A stretch of 64,000 nt of DNA, taken from the human T2T-CHM13v2.0 reference genome, Homo sapiens. The DNA is taken from the NCBI GenBank assembly GCA_009914755.4, contig CP068257.2, forward strand, positions 18,848,001 to 18,912,000. Direction: 5' to 3'. Made by a program: the position numbers and the translations under genes. Each line of letters opens with the position of its first letter. The first letter of the stretch is position 1. The notes under the pieces were generated by a model, which was not told the origin of the DNA, ran no database searches, and saw only the letters and a program-made list of their open reading frames with translations. Below, piece after piece: positions 14,660-26,295 of the stretch.

Positions 14660-16873
14660 TGTATTCGTCCGTTTTCATGATTCTAATAAAGACATACCTG
14701 AGACTGGGAAGAAAAAGGGGTTTAAATGGATTTCTACTTCCACATGGCTGGGGAGGCCTCAGAATCATGGCGGGAGGTGAAAAGCACTTCTTACATAGCA
14801 CCAGCAAGAGAAAATGAGGAAGAAGCAAAAGCAGAACCCCCGATAAACCCATCAGATCTTGTGAGACTTATTCACTATAACGAGAATAGCATGGAAAAGA
14901 CCAGCCACCATGATTCAACTGCCTCCCCCTGGGTCCCTCCCACAATGTGTGGGAATTCTGGGAGATACATTTCAAGTTGAGATTTGTATAGGGACACAGC
15001 CAACCATGTCATTCTGCCCGTGGCCTCTCAAAATCTCGTGTCCTCACATTTCAAAACCAATCATGCTTTCCCAACAGTCTCCCAAAGTTTTAACTCTCTT
15101 GAGCATTAACTCAAAAGTCCACAGTCCAAAGTCTCATCTGAGACAAGGCAAGTCCCTTCTGCCTATGAGCCTGTAAAATCAAAAGCAAGTTAGTTACTTT
15201 CTAAATTCAATGTGGGTACATGCATTGGGTAAATACAGCCATTCTAAATAGGAGAAATTGGACAAGATGAAGGGGCTACTGGCCCCATGCAAGTCTGAAA
15301 TCCAGCAGGGCTGTCAAATCTTAAAACTCCAAAATGATCTCCTTTGACGTCATGTCTCGCATCTGGGTCATGCTGATGGAAGAGGTGGGTTCCCATGGTC
15401 TTGGAGACCTATACCCCCGTGGCTTTGCAGGGTACAGCCTCCCTCCCAGTTGCTTTCATGGGCTGGCATTGAGTGTTTGCAGCTTTTCCAGGCTCACCGT
15501 GCAAGCTGTTAGTTGATCTACCATTCTGGGGTCTGGAAGATGGTGGCCCTGTTTTCACAGCTCCACTACTCAGTGCCCCAGTAGGGACTCAGTGTGGGGG
15601 CTCTGACCTCACAATCCCCTTCCCCACTGCCCTAACAGAGGTTCTCCATGAAGACCTCACCCCTGCAGCAAATTTTTGCCTGGGCCTCCAGGTGTTTCTA
15701 TACATCCTCTGAAATCTAGGTGGTACCCAGACCTCAATTCTTGACTTCTGTGCATACACAGGCTCAACGCCACATGGAAGCTGCCAAGGCTTGGGGCTTC
15801 CACCCTCTGGAGGCACATCCCAAGATGTATGTTGGCCCCTTTCAGCCATGGATGGAGTGACTAGGACACCAGGCACCAAGTCCCTAGGCTGCACACAGCA
15901 CAGGGACACGGGACCCAGCCCACTAACCCACTTTTTCCTCCTGAGCTTCCAGGCCTGTGATGGGAGGGGCTGCTGTGAAGGTCTCTATCATGGCCTGGAG
16001 ACATTTTCTCTACGATCTTGGAGATTGACATTAGGCTCCTTGCTTCTTATGCAAATTTCTGCAGCTGGCTTGAATTTCTCCCCAGAAAATGCATTTTTCT
16101 TCTCTATCACAGCATCAGGTTGCAAATTTTCCAGACTTTTATGTTCTGCTTCCCTTATAAAACTGAATGCCTTGCTGCTTAGAAATTTCTTCTGTTGGAT
16201 ATGCTAAATCATCTCTCTCAATTTCAAAGCTCCACAGATCTCTAGATCTGGGGCAAAATGCCACCAGTCTCTTTGCTAAAACATAATAAGAATCACCTTT
16301 GCTCCAGTTCTCAGGAAGTTCCTCATCTCCATCTGAGGCTACCTCAGCCTGGACCTTATTGTTCAGATCACTATCAGCATTTTTGTCAAAGCCAGTCAAC
16401 AAGTCTCTAGGACGTTCCAAACTTTCCCACATTTTCTTCTCTTCTTCTGAGCCCTCCAAACTGTTCCAACAATAGCCCATTGCCCAGTTCCAAAGTCGCT
16501 TCCAAATTTTCAGGTATCTTTTCAGCAACACCCCATTCCTGGTACCAATTTACTGTATTAGTCCGTTTTCATGCTGCTGATAAAGATATACCCAAGACTG
16601 AGAAGAAAAAGTTGTTCAATTGGACTTACAGTTCCACATGGCTGGGGAGACCTCAGAATCATGGCAGGAGAAAATTAGGAAGAAGCAAAAGTGGAAACCC
16701 CTGATAAACCTATCACATCTCATGAGACTTATTCAGTATCACAAGACTAGCATGAGAAAGACTGGCCCCTATGATTCAATTACTTCCACCTGGGTCCTCC
16801 CCACAACACGTTGGAATTCTGGGAGATACAATTCAGGTTGACATTTGGGTGGGGACACAGCCAAACCATATCA
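14660..16873 (-). mobile_element. Full-length THE1/MST-class ERVL-MaLR (LTR 14660-15011, internal about 15012-16553, LTR 16554-16873), inserted into the L1 with a 5-bp TSD (GTCCC / GTCTC)
   Basis: LTRs: tgtattcgtccgttttcatgattctaataaagacatacctgagactgggaag...gacacagccaaccatgtca and tgtattagtccgttttcatgctgctgataaagatatacccaagactgagaag...ggacacagccaaaccatatca. The L1 antisense resumes exactly after the element (ggagtccc | ... | gtctctcctccttg against consensus gaggattccctctttttc). Confidence 0.85.
16139..16531 (-). other. Paralogous remnant of the MaLR internal ORF (130 aa)
   Basis: MLLKRYLKIWKRLWNWAMGYCWNSLEGSEEEKKMWESLERPRDLLTGFDKNADSDLNNKVQAEVASDGDEELPENWSKGDSYYVLAKRLVAFCPRSRDLWSFEIERDDLAYPTEEISKQQGIQ is colinear with the 12063-12662 ORF and about 70% identical to it. 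Confidence 0.45.
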
Positions 16874-17547
16874 GTCTCTCCTCCTTGATTTTGAAGAGTA
16901 GTTTCAATAGGATTGTGACCAGCTATTTTTTATTTGCTCATAGAATTTGGCTGTGACTGCATTTGGTCCAGGAGGTTTTTTGTTTTTTATGTTTTTGCGT
17001 AATGGGTTTTTTATTACTGATTCAATTTTAGAACTCTTTATTGCCTTTTTGTTTATTCAGGATTTCAATTTCTTCTTGATACGATCTTGGGCAGTCGTGT
17101 TTTTCTACGAATTTATCTATTTTCTCTAGATTTTCTAGTTTGTGTGCATAGTGGTGTTCATAATAGTCTCTGAGGATCTTTTGAATTTCTGTGGCATTGG
17201 TTGTAATATCACTTTTGTCATTCCTGATCATGTTTATTTGGATTTATTTTTTCATTGTTCATCTAACTAGTAGCTTATTAATCTTGTTTATTCTTTCAAA
17301 AATCAAACTTTTGGTTTCGTTGATCCTTTGTATAATTTTTGATTCTCAATTTCATTCAGTTCTACTCTAAGTTATTTATTTTCTTCTCCTAGTTTTAGAG
17401 TTACATTTTTCTTGTTTTTCTAGAAGTCTAGGTGCAATCTTAGATAGCTAATTTGAGATTTTTCTATCTTATTGACATAAGCATTTAGCACTATAACATT
17501 TCCTTTTAACACTGCTTTTGCTACATCCCATAGATTTTGGTATGTTG

Positions 17548-17922
17548 TGTGATATAATTTGGCTCTATGTCCCAACCCAAATCTCATCTCGAATTGTAAT
17601 CACCATGTGTCAGCAAAGGAGTCTGGTGGGAGGTGATTGAAACGTGGAGACAGACTTCCCTCTTGCTGTTCTCATGATAGTGAGTTCTCATGATACCTTG
17701 TTTTTTGAAAGTGTAGTACTTGCTTCAAATTCTCACCTGCTCTGCCATGGTAAGATGTGCTTGCTTCCCCTTCACCTTCCATCATGATTGTAAGTTTCCT
17801 GAGGCCTCCCAGTCATGCTTCCTGTTAAGCCTGTGGAGCTGTGAGTAAATTAAACTTTTTTTCTTCATAAATTACCCAGTCTCAGATAGTTCTTTAGAGC
17901 AGGGTGAAAATGAGCTAATACA
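17548..17922 (+). mobile_element. MST-type MaLR solo LTR, plus strand, inserted into the L1
   Basis: tgtgatataatttggctctatgtcccaacccaaatctcatctcgaattgtaatcaccatgtgtcag...ccttccatcatgattgtaagtttcctgaggcctcccagtcatgcttcctgttaagcctgtggagctgtgagtaaattaaac...aattacccagtctcag...gagctaataca matches TGTGGTATGGTTTGGCTGTGTCCCCACCCAAATCTCATCTTGAATTGTA...CCATGATTGTGAGGCCTCCCCAGCCATGTGGAACTGTGAGTCAATTAAACC...GGACTAATACA. Confidence 0.75.
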
Positions 17923-19032
17923 CTTTTATTTCTGAGAATTTTTTTATTTCTGCCATAATTTTGTTGTTTACTCAAAAGTTGTTCAGGAGTAAGTTGTTCA
18001 ATTTCCATGTGATTGTGTTGTTTTTAGAGAGCTTCTTAATATTTATTTGTACTTTTATTTCTCTGTAGTCTGAGAGTATGCTTGGTATAGAGTTTGATTT
18101 TTTGTTTAACTTATTGAAACTTTATGGCCAAGCATGTGGTCAATCTTAGAGTATGTTCCAGGTGCAAATGAGAAGAATATACGTTCTGTGGTTGTTGGGT
18201 GGAGTATTCTGTTGTTGTGTATTAGGTCCAATTGGTCAAGTTATAATAGACATTTAGAGTTTCTGTGTTAGTGTTCTGCCTCAGTGATTTGTTTAACACT
18301 GTAAGTGGGTAGTTGAAATCCCCCCACTATTATTGTGGGACAATGTCTTTTCATAGGTCTAGAAATACTTGTTTTATGAATCTAGGTGCTCTAATGTTGG
18401 GTGCATATATATTTAGGATAGCTGGGTCTTTTAGTTGAATTAAACCATTTATCATTATGTATGTCCTTCTTTGTCCTGTTATACTGTTTTTGGTTTAAAG
18501 TCTGTTTTATCTGATATAATAATAGTGACCCTTGCTCTTTTGTGTTTTCCATTTGCATCATAAATCTTCCTCTAACCCTTTATTTTGAGCCTGTAGATGT
18601 TGTTACATGTCAGATGGTCTTTTGAAGACAGCAGACAATTGAATCTTGTTGTTGTTGTTTTAACCCAATTTGCTATTCTGTGCCTTTTAAGTGAGGAATT
18701 TAGACCACTCACACTCAAGGTTAATATTGATGTGTGAGGTTTTGATCCTGTTGTGATGTTTTTAGCTTGTTGCTCTGTGGTCTTAATTCTATAGTTGTTT
18801 TATAAATTATTTTGGCTATGTACTTAAGTGTGTTTTTGTGGTAGCAGGTATTGCTCTTTCATTTCTGTGTTTAGAACTCTCATAATGATCTCTTATAAGG
18901 CTAGTCTAGTGGTAGCAAATTCCCTTAGTGATTGCTTGTTGGGAAAACATTTTATTTCTCTTTCACATATGAAAGTTAGTTTGGTGGGTTATGAAATTAT
19001 TGGCTGGACTTTCCTTTCTTTAAGAATGTTGA

Positions 19033-19322
19033 GGCCATTCATAGTGGCTTACATCTGTAATCCTAACACTTTGGGAGGCTGAGGTGAGAGGGTCTCTCAA
19101 GGCCGGGAGTTTAGGACCAACCTTGGTAATATGGTCAGACCCTATCTCTCCACAAAATTTTAAAAATTAGCCATGCCTGGTGGTACTCATCTATGACCCT
19201 AGCAGGAGGCTGAGGTGGGAGGATTGCTTTAGACTAAGAAGTCAAGGCTGCATTGAGCCATGATGTGCCACTGCACTCCAGCCTAGGTGACAGAGCAAGA
19301 TCCTGTCTGTAAAATAAAATAT
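19033..19322 (+). mobile_element. AluJ (old Alu), plus strand, inserted into L1
   Basis: ggccattcatagtggcttacatctgtaatcctaacactttgggaggctgaggtgagagg...agccatgcctggtggtactcatctatgaccctagcaggaggctgaggtgggaggattgc...gccactgcactccagcctaggtgacagagcaagatcctgtct. L1 antisense flanks both sides. Confidence 0.85.
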
Positions 19323-21952
19323 AGAGTGCTGAAAATAGACCTGCACTCTTTTCTAGCCTTTAAAGTTTCTGCTGAGAAGTCTGCTGTTAGCCTGATGGAC
19401 TTCTTTTTGAAAGTGATCTGACCCTTTTCCATAGCTGCCTTTAAGATCTTTTCTTTGCACTGACCTTGGGCAGTCTAGTGACTATGTGCCTTGGTGATGT
19501 TCATCTTCTATAATATCTTACAGATGTTCTCTGGATTGTTTGTATCTGAATATCCAACTCTAGCAAGATTAAGAAAATTTTCTTGCATTATTCTCTCAAA
19601 TGTTTTTTAGGTGGATTACTTTTTCTCCTCTTTCAGAAATGCCAATAATTTGTAGGTTTTGTTGTTTAACATAATCCCATATTACTCAAAGATTTTGTTC
19701 ATTTTTTAAAATTCTTTTTTCTTTAATTTTGTCTGACTAGGCTAGTTCAAAAGAGAAATCTTCAAGCTCCGAAATTCTTTTCTTCTTCTTGGTTTTGTCT
19801 ATTGATAGAGCTTTCATTTGTATTTTGAAATTTCTTAAGGGACTTTTTCAATTTCAGAAGCTCTGTTGATTTTTTAAAAAGTTGTTTATCTCCTCCTTGA
19901 TTTCCTAGGTTTCTTTAGTAGTTTCTTTGTGTTGATTTTTAACTCTATCTTGGATTTTATTCAGCTTCCTTGCAATTAATGTTTTTAATTCTTTATCTGT
20001 CATTTCTGAGTTCCTATTTTGGTTAGGTTCCATTGCTAGAGTACTAGTGTGATTTTTTTGGTGGTGTCATAAGATTCAGATTTTTCATGATGGCAGAATT
20101 CTTATGCTGGTTTCCTCTCATCTGGAGAGTCTGGCACTTCTAACTTTTATAATTATTTTCATGCAGATATGATTTCCTTTTCTTTCTCTGTATGTATTTT
20201 TTCTTTATCTTTACCACCACTCTCTAGGAGGTGTGACTGTGGAGTATGTTGCATAGGATTCTTTGGCTTTGCTGCTACAGCCATGTCCACTTCTGTCCAC
20301 AGGTTTCATACTGGGCTGTGGGATTCCACCTATAGGCTAGTGGATGGCACTTACTCACAAGAGCTAGTTGCGGCACAAGCAGACGAATCCATACCTGATC
20401 TTTGCTTACTGTGAGGTTCTCTCCGTTGTCTCAGGTGTTGGGCTGGACAGTGGAGTGGCCAGTGCCCTGAGCTCCTGTTCCTTGGCAATGGGGGAACACC
20501 TCTGGCCTGAGCTGGGGCCCCAGACTTGCCCATGAACATACCAATGGAGAGCACAGGCACCACTCCTGACAAGGGTGGCTGGGAAGAGCTCCTGGTGAAA
20601 TGCACTGAGGTCTCTGCCAGAGCGTGAAGTCATTGCACTGGCTCCCCATCTTAGATAGGAAGTAGCATAATCTATTTTCCTGTCACACCCCAGTTCCATG
20701 TGACTCCTCATTCAGATGCACATTGTAGTCTACCTCTGGACCCCAGTATGGATGAGAGCCATAGAAAACGCTGCTGTGTGACTGTCCATCGGAGAGGTTT
20801 TAGGGCAGAACCTTGTCAGTCAGTCTAATGCAGGTACCTTTATAGCTGTCTTGTTCTCTGATGTGGAAGGCTGCTGCTTCATGTAAAAGGGAAGGAGGTA
20901 GGTGTCGGTTGTGGTGTCAGCTGGTTAGGTCAGTCTGACCTCAGGCTCTGTTGGAAGTGGTCAGGTGCCAGAAGAGTTGGAATAGGGTAGGTGGTTTTCC
21001 AGTCTCCAGGCCCCTCGATTGCCCACTGGACAGTGTGTATGATTCCTGAAGGGGCTGGACCAGGTTTGGGTGCTGGCTGAGATGGGGAGGGGCAGGCTTG
21101 TCCCTGAGTCACAAGCTGAAATCTCAGGCAGGCAGGCAGAAAGCTTATGTGGTAGGAGCCTAAAAGAAGGTCACAGACCTATAGAGTAGGGTTTTCAGGA
21201 GGGCTTAGCTGACTTCAGCTGAAATGCTCAGGTTGGGGCAGGGTGTTGGAGGTGTGCGAAAGCCTTCAGCTTCTCTGTTCCCTCCCTAGTCTGAGGGCAG
21301 TGGTGGCAGGGGCCTTCCACAGTCACAGCCGCACTGCCCCAAAGTGTTCAGGCAGGGGTGGGGCGGGTGCACTGGGAGTCCAAGCCAGTGGGCCCTGCCT
21401 GGTGAGGAGCAGCAAGGTCAGGGGTCACACTGTCTGCGGTCCGTCTGCTCCTCAGCACCCAGCTGTAGCCTCTGACCTACAGGTGTGTGAAAGAATTTGT
21501 CCTCTCTTGTTGGTGGGTATACGGCAGCTAGTACTGGGCTGCTCAGGGATCCAGGGCCTGTGGGGCTTCATGTGGGCTTGAGCGGTAACTCTGCACAGAC
21601 TCCAGGTGGTTCTTTGTGTCACTCTGGAGGCCTGGGAGTGTCAGGGGTGTTCTCCTGAGCCCAGTGTAGCAAACGTTTGTGGCAGAAGTGTGGGCCCCAA
21701 GGACTTTCACGGACTCACCCATTCCCCATGTTACAGAGCTTCCCCTGGCTCCACACCAGTCCCAGGAGGGAGGCTGCCTGGCTTCATTGTGCTCTATTCT
21801 CCGTAACTCCTGTCACTTTCTTGGTGAATACCAACGTGATCGCCTAGAAAATCCACTTTAAAAGCTAGCATTTATTCACCACTTTGCTTCCTCTCTGTGA
21901 GAGCCTGATGCACTAGCTGCTTCTAGTCAGCCATCTTGAACCAGAACCTCTG

Positions 21953-21993
21953 CTTTTGTTTGTTTGTTTTTGTTTTGTTTTGTTTTGTTTTTC
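21953..21993. repeat. (TTTTG)n simple repeat at the L1 5' boundary
   Basis: tgcttttgtttgtttgtttttgttttgttttgttttgtttttcag. Confidence 0.8.
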
Positions 21994-23235
21994 AGCCATC
22001 ATGAGGAATTGTCTCAAATTTATTGCTAAAATAAAGGGGAACTATCCATCCATTGGTCATATTTAGTATTAGGAATATTACTTACAGTATGATTTCAAGG
22101 GAGCTCCTAGAAAGTAATAGTTCCTTTAAATATTTTTTGTAATGTCATTTTATTTTATTACTCTTTCTAGAATATTGTTGAAAACTAATATTGTTAGCAC
22201 TTTGGTTGTTTCTGTAATTTTTTATTTTCAACCTCAAGTTTCACTTAAAAAAGCCTCAGTCTGCTGACTTTTAACTGGTAATGTTAGAGGTACATTTTTA
22301 GACACAGCAAAGTATTTGCCCATTCCAAGTTAGATGGTACCAAATGGAGGGACTGTCCAATTCTGAACACTAGAATATATACTTATCTCTATGCTACCTT
22401 CACTCCCTTTCCCTCCATGAAGTCCCAGAGATTTATGATGTAGTTGTATGATTTCATCTGTAATTATTTTAAATGGCATTTACCTGATTTCAGAGATTTG
22501 AATTCAGTTAGAGACAATAATCCTGTTTTACTACTCTCCTTAACTTCATCACATTTCATTTTTTCTGTTAACTGTATTTATTTTACCATTTTTAATTTTA
22601 AGATAATATTTTGAATTAAAAAGCTGTAAATCAAACATAGTCAAATAATGTTCTATATCTGTCCTTTATTAAAAATACAACTGACACCACAGCAGTACAT
22701 TTTTCAGGCTTTCGATGAGGCCAAACCAGCTGCTTTCCTTTGTCCTTCACTTTCCTCAGAAGTTTTCTTTAATTCTGGGCTTTAACCTTCCTGACTACAC
22801 ATATTCTCTGCTTCTCTTTCAAATTGTTATACCCTCCTCTAAGTCAATCTTCAATTTATAACATTGTGCCCTTCATGGTTAGATCAGTTTAAAGATCCAA
22901 GTGAAACATGTAAAGTGTTCAATTTGAATACATAAAACAATGCAGCAGTAGTTAAAATCACATGTACCATATAAAAACTATCAGCCTTAAAGTATCACCC
23001 CATTAGGAAAGACCAATTAAAAAGTATGGCTCTTTCACTCTTCCCTGACGGTCAGTAGAGCAAAGATTTGACAGATTGAAAATTTGGTCTGAATTACTTA
23101 TATTGAATATTTCTTAAAGAACTCTGGTTCTTTTCATCACACTACAACATTCAAACTGATTTTTAAACTATTATTTAAATTTTTATAATTATATAGTCAT
23201 ATACTAATCAAAAATCCAGAAAGGAATCTACACTT

Positions 23236-25534
23236 TGTATTAGTCCATTCTCATGCTGTTATAAAGAACTGCCCAAGACTGGGTAATCTACAAAGGTAAG
23301 AGGATTAATTGACTGACAGTTCCACATTGCTGGGAAGGCCTCAGGAAACTTACAATCATAGTGGAAGGCAAAAGAGAAGCAGGTACCTTCTTCACAGGTG
23401 GCAGGATGGAGTGAGTGCAAGTAGGGGAAATGCCAGATGCTTGTAAATCCATCAGATCTTGTGAGACTCCCTCACTATCACAAGAACTGCTTGGGGTAAA
23501 CTGTTTCCATGATCTGAGTTCCACCACCTGGTCTTGCCCTTAACATGTAGGGATTATGGGGATCATAATTCAAGATGAGATTTTGGGTGGGGACACAGCC
23601 AAACCATGTAAGTCTGTACCTGGCCCCTTCCAAATCTCATGTCCTCACATTTCAAAACACAATCATGCCCTTCCAACACTTTCTCAAAGTCTTACCTCAT
23701 TCCAACATTAACCCAAATGTATGAGTCCAATGTCTTTTTTGAGACAAGACAATTCCTTTTGACTGTCAACCTGTAAAATCAAAAGCAAATTAGTTACTTT
23801 CTAGATAAGATGTGGTTACACACCTTGGGTGTGTAAATGTAACCATTCCAAACAGAAGAAATTGGCCAAAACAAAGGGGCTGCAGGCCCCATACACGTCC
23901 AAAATCCAATAGGGCAGTCATTAAACCTTAAAGTTCCAAAATAATATCTTTTGACTACATGTCTCACGTCCAGGTTATGCTGATGCAAGAGGTGGGCTCC
24001 CGCAGCTTTGGGCAGCTCTGCCCTGTGGTTTAGCAGGGTACAGTCCCCCCCCCGGCTGCTTTCATGGGCTGGCATTTAGTGCCTGTGGCTCTTCCAGGTG
24101 CTCAGCGCAAGCCATTGGTGGATCTACCATTCTGGGGTCTGGAGGATGGTGGCCCTCTTCTCATAGCTCCCCTAGACCGCAGTGGGGACTCTGTGTGGAG
24201 GCTCTGACTCCAGATTTCTCTTCCACACTGCCCTGGCAGAGGTTCTCCATGGGGCCTCTGCCCCTGCAGCAAACTTCTACCTGGACACCCAGGCATTTCC
24301 ATAGGTCCTCTTAAATCTAGGCAGAGGTTCTCAAACCTCAATTCTTGACTCCTCTGCACCTGCAGGCTCAACACCATGTGGAAGCTGCCAAGGCTTGAGG
24401 CTTGCAACCTCTGAAGCAACAGCCCAAGCTGTATGTTGTCCCCTTTTAGCCACGGATGGAGCTGAAGCAGCTGGGATGCAGGGCACCATGTCTGGAGGCT
24501 GCATACAGCAGGGGGGCCCTGAGCCAGGCCCACGAAACCATTTGTATCTCCTAGGCCTCTGGGCTTGTGGTGGGAGGGGCTCCCATGAAGGTCTTTGACA
24601 TGCATTGGAGACATTTTTCCCACTGTCTTGGTGATTAACATTTGGTTTCTTGTTACACATGCAAATTTTTGTGGCTGGCTTGAATTTCTCCCCCAGAAAA
24701 TAGGGTTTTCTTTTCTGTCATATTATCAGGCTGCAAATTTTCTAAGTTTTTATGCTCTGTTTCCTCTTGAACGCTTTGCTGCTTAACATTTTCTTTTGCC
24801 AGATACCATAAATCATCTCTGTCAAGTTCAAAGTTCCACAACTCTCTAGGGCAGGGGCAAAATGCTGCCAGACTCTTTGCTAAAGCATAGCAAGAATCAT
24901 CTTTGCTCCAGTTCCCAACAAGTTCCTTATTTCTATCTGAGACCACTTCAGCCCGGACTTCATTGCCCATATCACTATCAGCATTTTACTCAAAACCTTT
25001 CAAGTCTCTAGGAAGTTCCAAACTTTTCCACATCTTCCTATCTTCTTCTGAGCCCTCCAAGCTGTTCCGACTTCTGTCTGTTACCTAGTTCCAAAGTAAC
25101 TTCCCCATTTTTTGGGTATTTTTACAGCAGAGCCCCACTACCTCAGTACTAATTTACTGTATTAGTCCATTCTCACACTGCTATAGAGAACTGTCCGAGA
25201 CTGGGTAATTTATAAAGGAAAGGTGTTTAATTGACTCACTGCTTTGCATGGCTGGGGAGCCCTCAGAAAACTTACAATCATGGTGAAAGGCAAAGGAGAA
25301 GCAGGCACTTTCTTCACAGGGTGGCAGGATGGAGTGAGTGCAAGCAGAGGAAACGCCAGACACTTATAAAACCGTCAGATCTGGTGAAACTCACTCACTA
25401 TCAAGAGAACAGCATGGGAGAAACTGCCCTCATGCTCTAATTACCTCCACCTGGTCCTGCCCTTGATACATGGGGATTATTGGGATTATATTTCAAAATG
25501 AGATTTTGGGTGGGGACACAGCCAAACTATATCA
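23236..25534 (-). mobile_element. Full-length THE1/MST-class ERVL-MaLR (LTR 23236-23609, internal 23610-25157, LTR 25158-25534) in non-L1 DNA
   Basis: LTRs: tgtattagtccattctcatgctgttataaagaactgcccaagactgggtaatc...gggtggggacacagccaaaccatgta and tgtattagtccattctcacactgctatagagaactgtccgagactgggtaattt...gggtggggacacagccaaactatatca. The internal region is colinear with the other two copies (gccaattt ctcc...cagaaaat..., acidic ORF segment). Confidence 0.85.
24653..24970 (-). other. Paralogous remnant of the MaLR internal ORF (105 aa)
   Basis: ...AEVVSDRNKELVGNWSKDDSCYALAKSLAAFCPCPRELWNFELDRDDLWYLAKENVKQQSVQ is homologous to the SDGDEELLGNWSKGDSCYVLAKRLVAFCPCSRDLLNFELEKDDLEYLAEEISKQQSIQ segment of the 12063-12662 ORF. 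Confidence 0.4.
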
Positions 25535-26074
25535 TGCTTCTCTGTGAATGTATCTTTGGAATTCTTAGATTTGCAGCAGCAGCTCTTCCCAGGCCATAGC
25601 TTTCTCTTCTCATTGTCGCAAATCCCACCATCAATTTTCCAAAGCGAATAGATATTCTCCTTCCAGGCTAGACTCTGTCAGGCTGTCATGACTGCTTTCA
25701 GAAACAACTGTGCTTCTGGTTTTGAAAGCAGACTTTTCTGTGTTTGATGGAGGATGTTTATATCATGAAGGTTAACTTATAGGGACTGCAGAATCATCAC
25801 ACAGCATAATGGAAGGAAAAGTAACTGGATGAAGGCTGAATTACAATCTATAAATAAGGGTAGCTGCTGCTATTCTATTTAGACGGCAGCAAGAAAAGGT
25901 AGGACAAAAAAAAAAAAGCAATGAAGGAAAAATAGATGAAGTAGGAATTAAAATTTAACTTTTTGCCAAATGGAATTCTTAAGGAGAATGAAGCAAAGAT
26001 GATTAAAACCTTAATGTTTCCAAATCTCTCAGTTTTGCCTAAATCCCATTTCTTACATAGGCTCTAGATGCTAG

Positions 26075-26295
26075 CATAGGTGTCCAATCTTTTGGCTTCC
26101 CTGGGCCACATTGGAAGAAGAACTGTGTTGGGCCACACATTAAATACACTAACACTAACGACCGCTAATGACCTAAAAAAAATGACCAAAAAAACCGCAT
26201 AAAGTTTTAAGAAAGTTTATGAATTTGTGTTGGGCCACATTCAAAGCCACCCTGGGCCACATGTGGTCTATGGGCAATGGGGTTGGACAAGCTTG
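26075..26295 (+). mobile_element. hAT-type MITE (MER1-like Charlie element) with imperfect terminal inverted repeats
   Basis: cataggtgtccaatcttttggcttccctgggccacattggaagaagaa...ctaacactaacgaccgctaatgacctaaaaaaaatgacc...gtgttgggccacattcaaagccaccctgggccacatgtgg...ggttggacaagcttg. The terminal 15 bp (cataggtgtccaatc) matches the reverse complement of the other end (caagcttgtccaacc) at 11 of 15 positions. The family name is from memory. Confidence 0.45.

Larger units (their letters stand above)
13053..21952 (-). mobile_element. Old, near full-length L1 (pre-THE1 age; L1PB/L1MA-like) on the minus strand. About 6.0 kb of L1 sequence is interrupted by a MaLR (14660-16873), a MaLR solo LTR (17548-17922) and an AluJ (19033-19322). 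The 5' end lies near 21952 and abuts a (TTTTG)n run.
   Basis: The whole stretch reads as L1 antisense. Examples: gaatgttgaaccaaccttgaatcccaggaataaaaccttgattgtggtgaattg (antisense of HHDQVGFIPGMQGWFN), cactgaaaactttttctgcatctattgagaagattatatggttttt (antisense of KDKNHMIISIDAEKAF), and the minus ORF at 17028-17231 MIRNDKSDITTNATEIQKILRDYYEHHYAHKLENLEKIDKF (L1 ORF2 [39 protein letters not shown]). ORF1-like sequence lies beyond the Alu, and a GC-rich old-type 5' UTR spans 20.4-21.9 kb. Confidence 0.8.

Noticed and set aside
20169-21861. Cluster of 60-112-aa ORFs on both strands
   Set aside because: They fall in the GC-rich 5' UTR and ORF1 region of the old L1 and are read in antisense. They show no conservation of frame.
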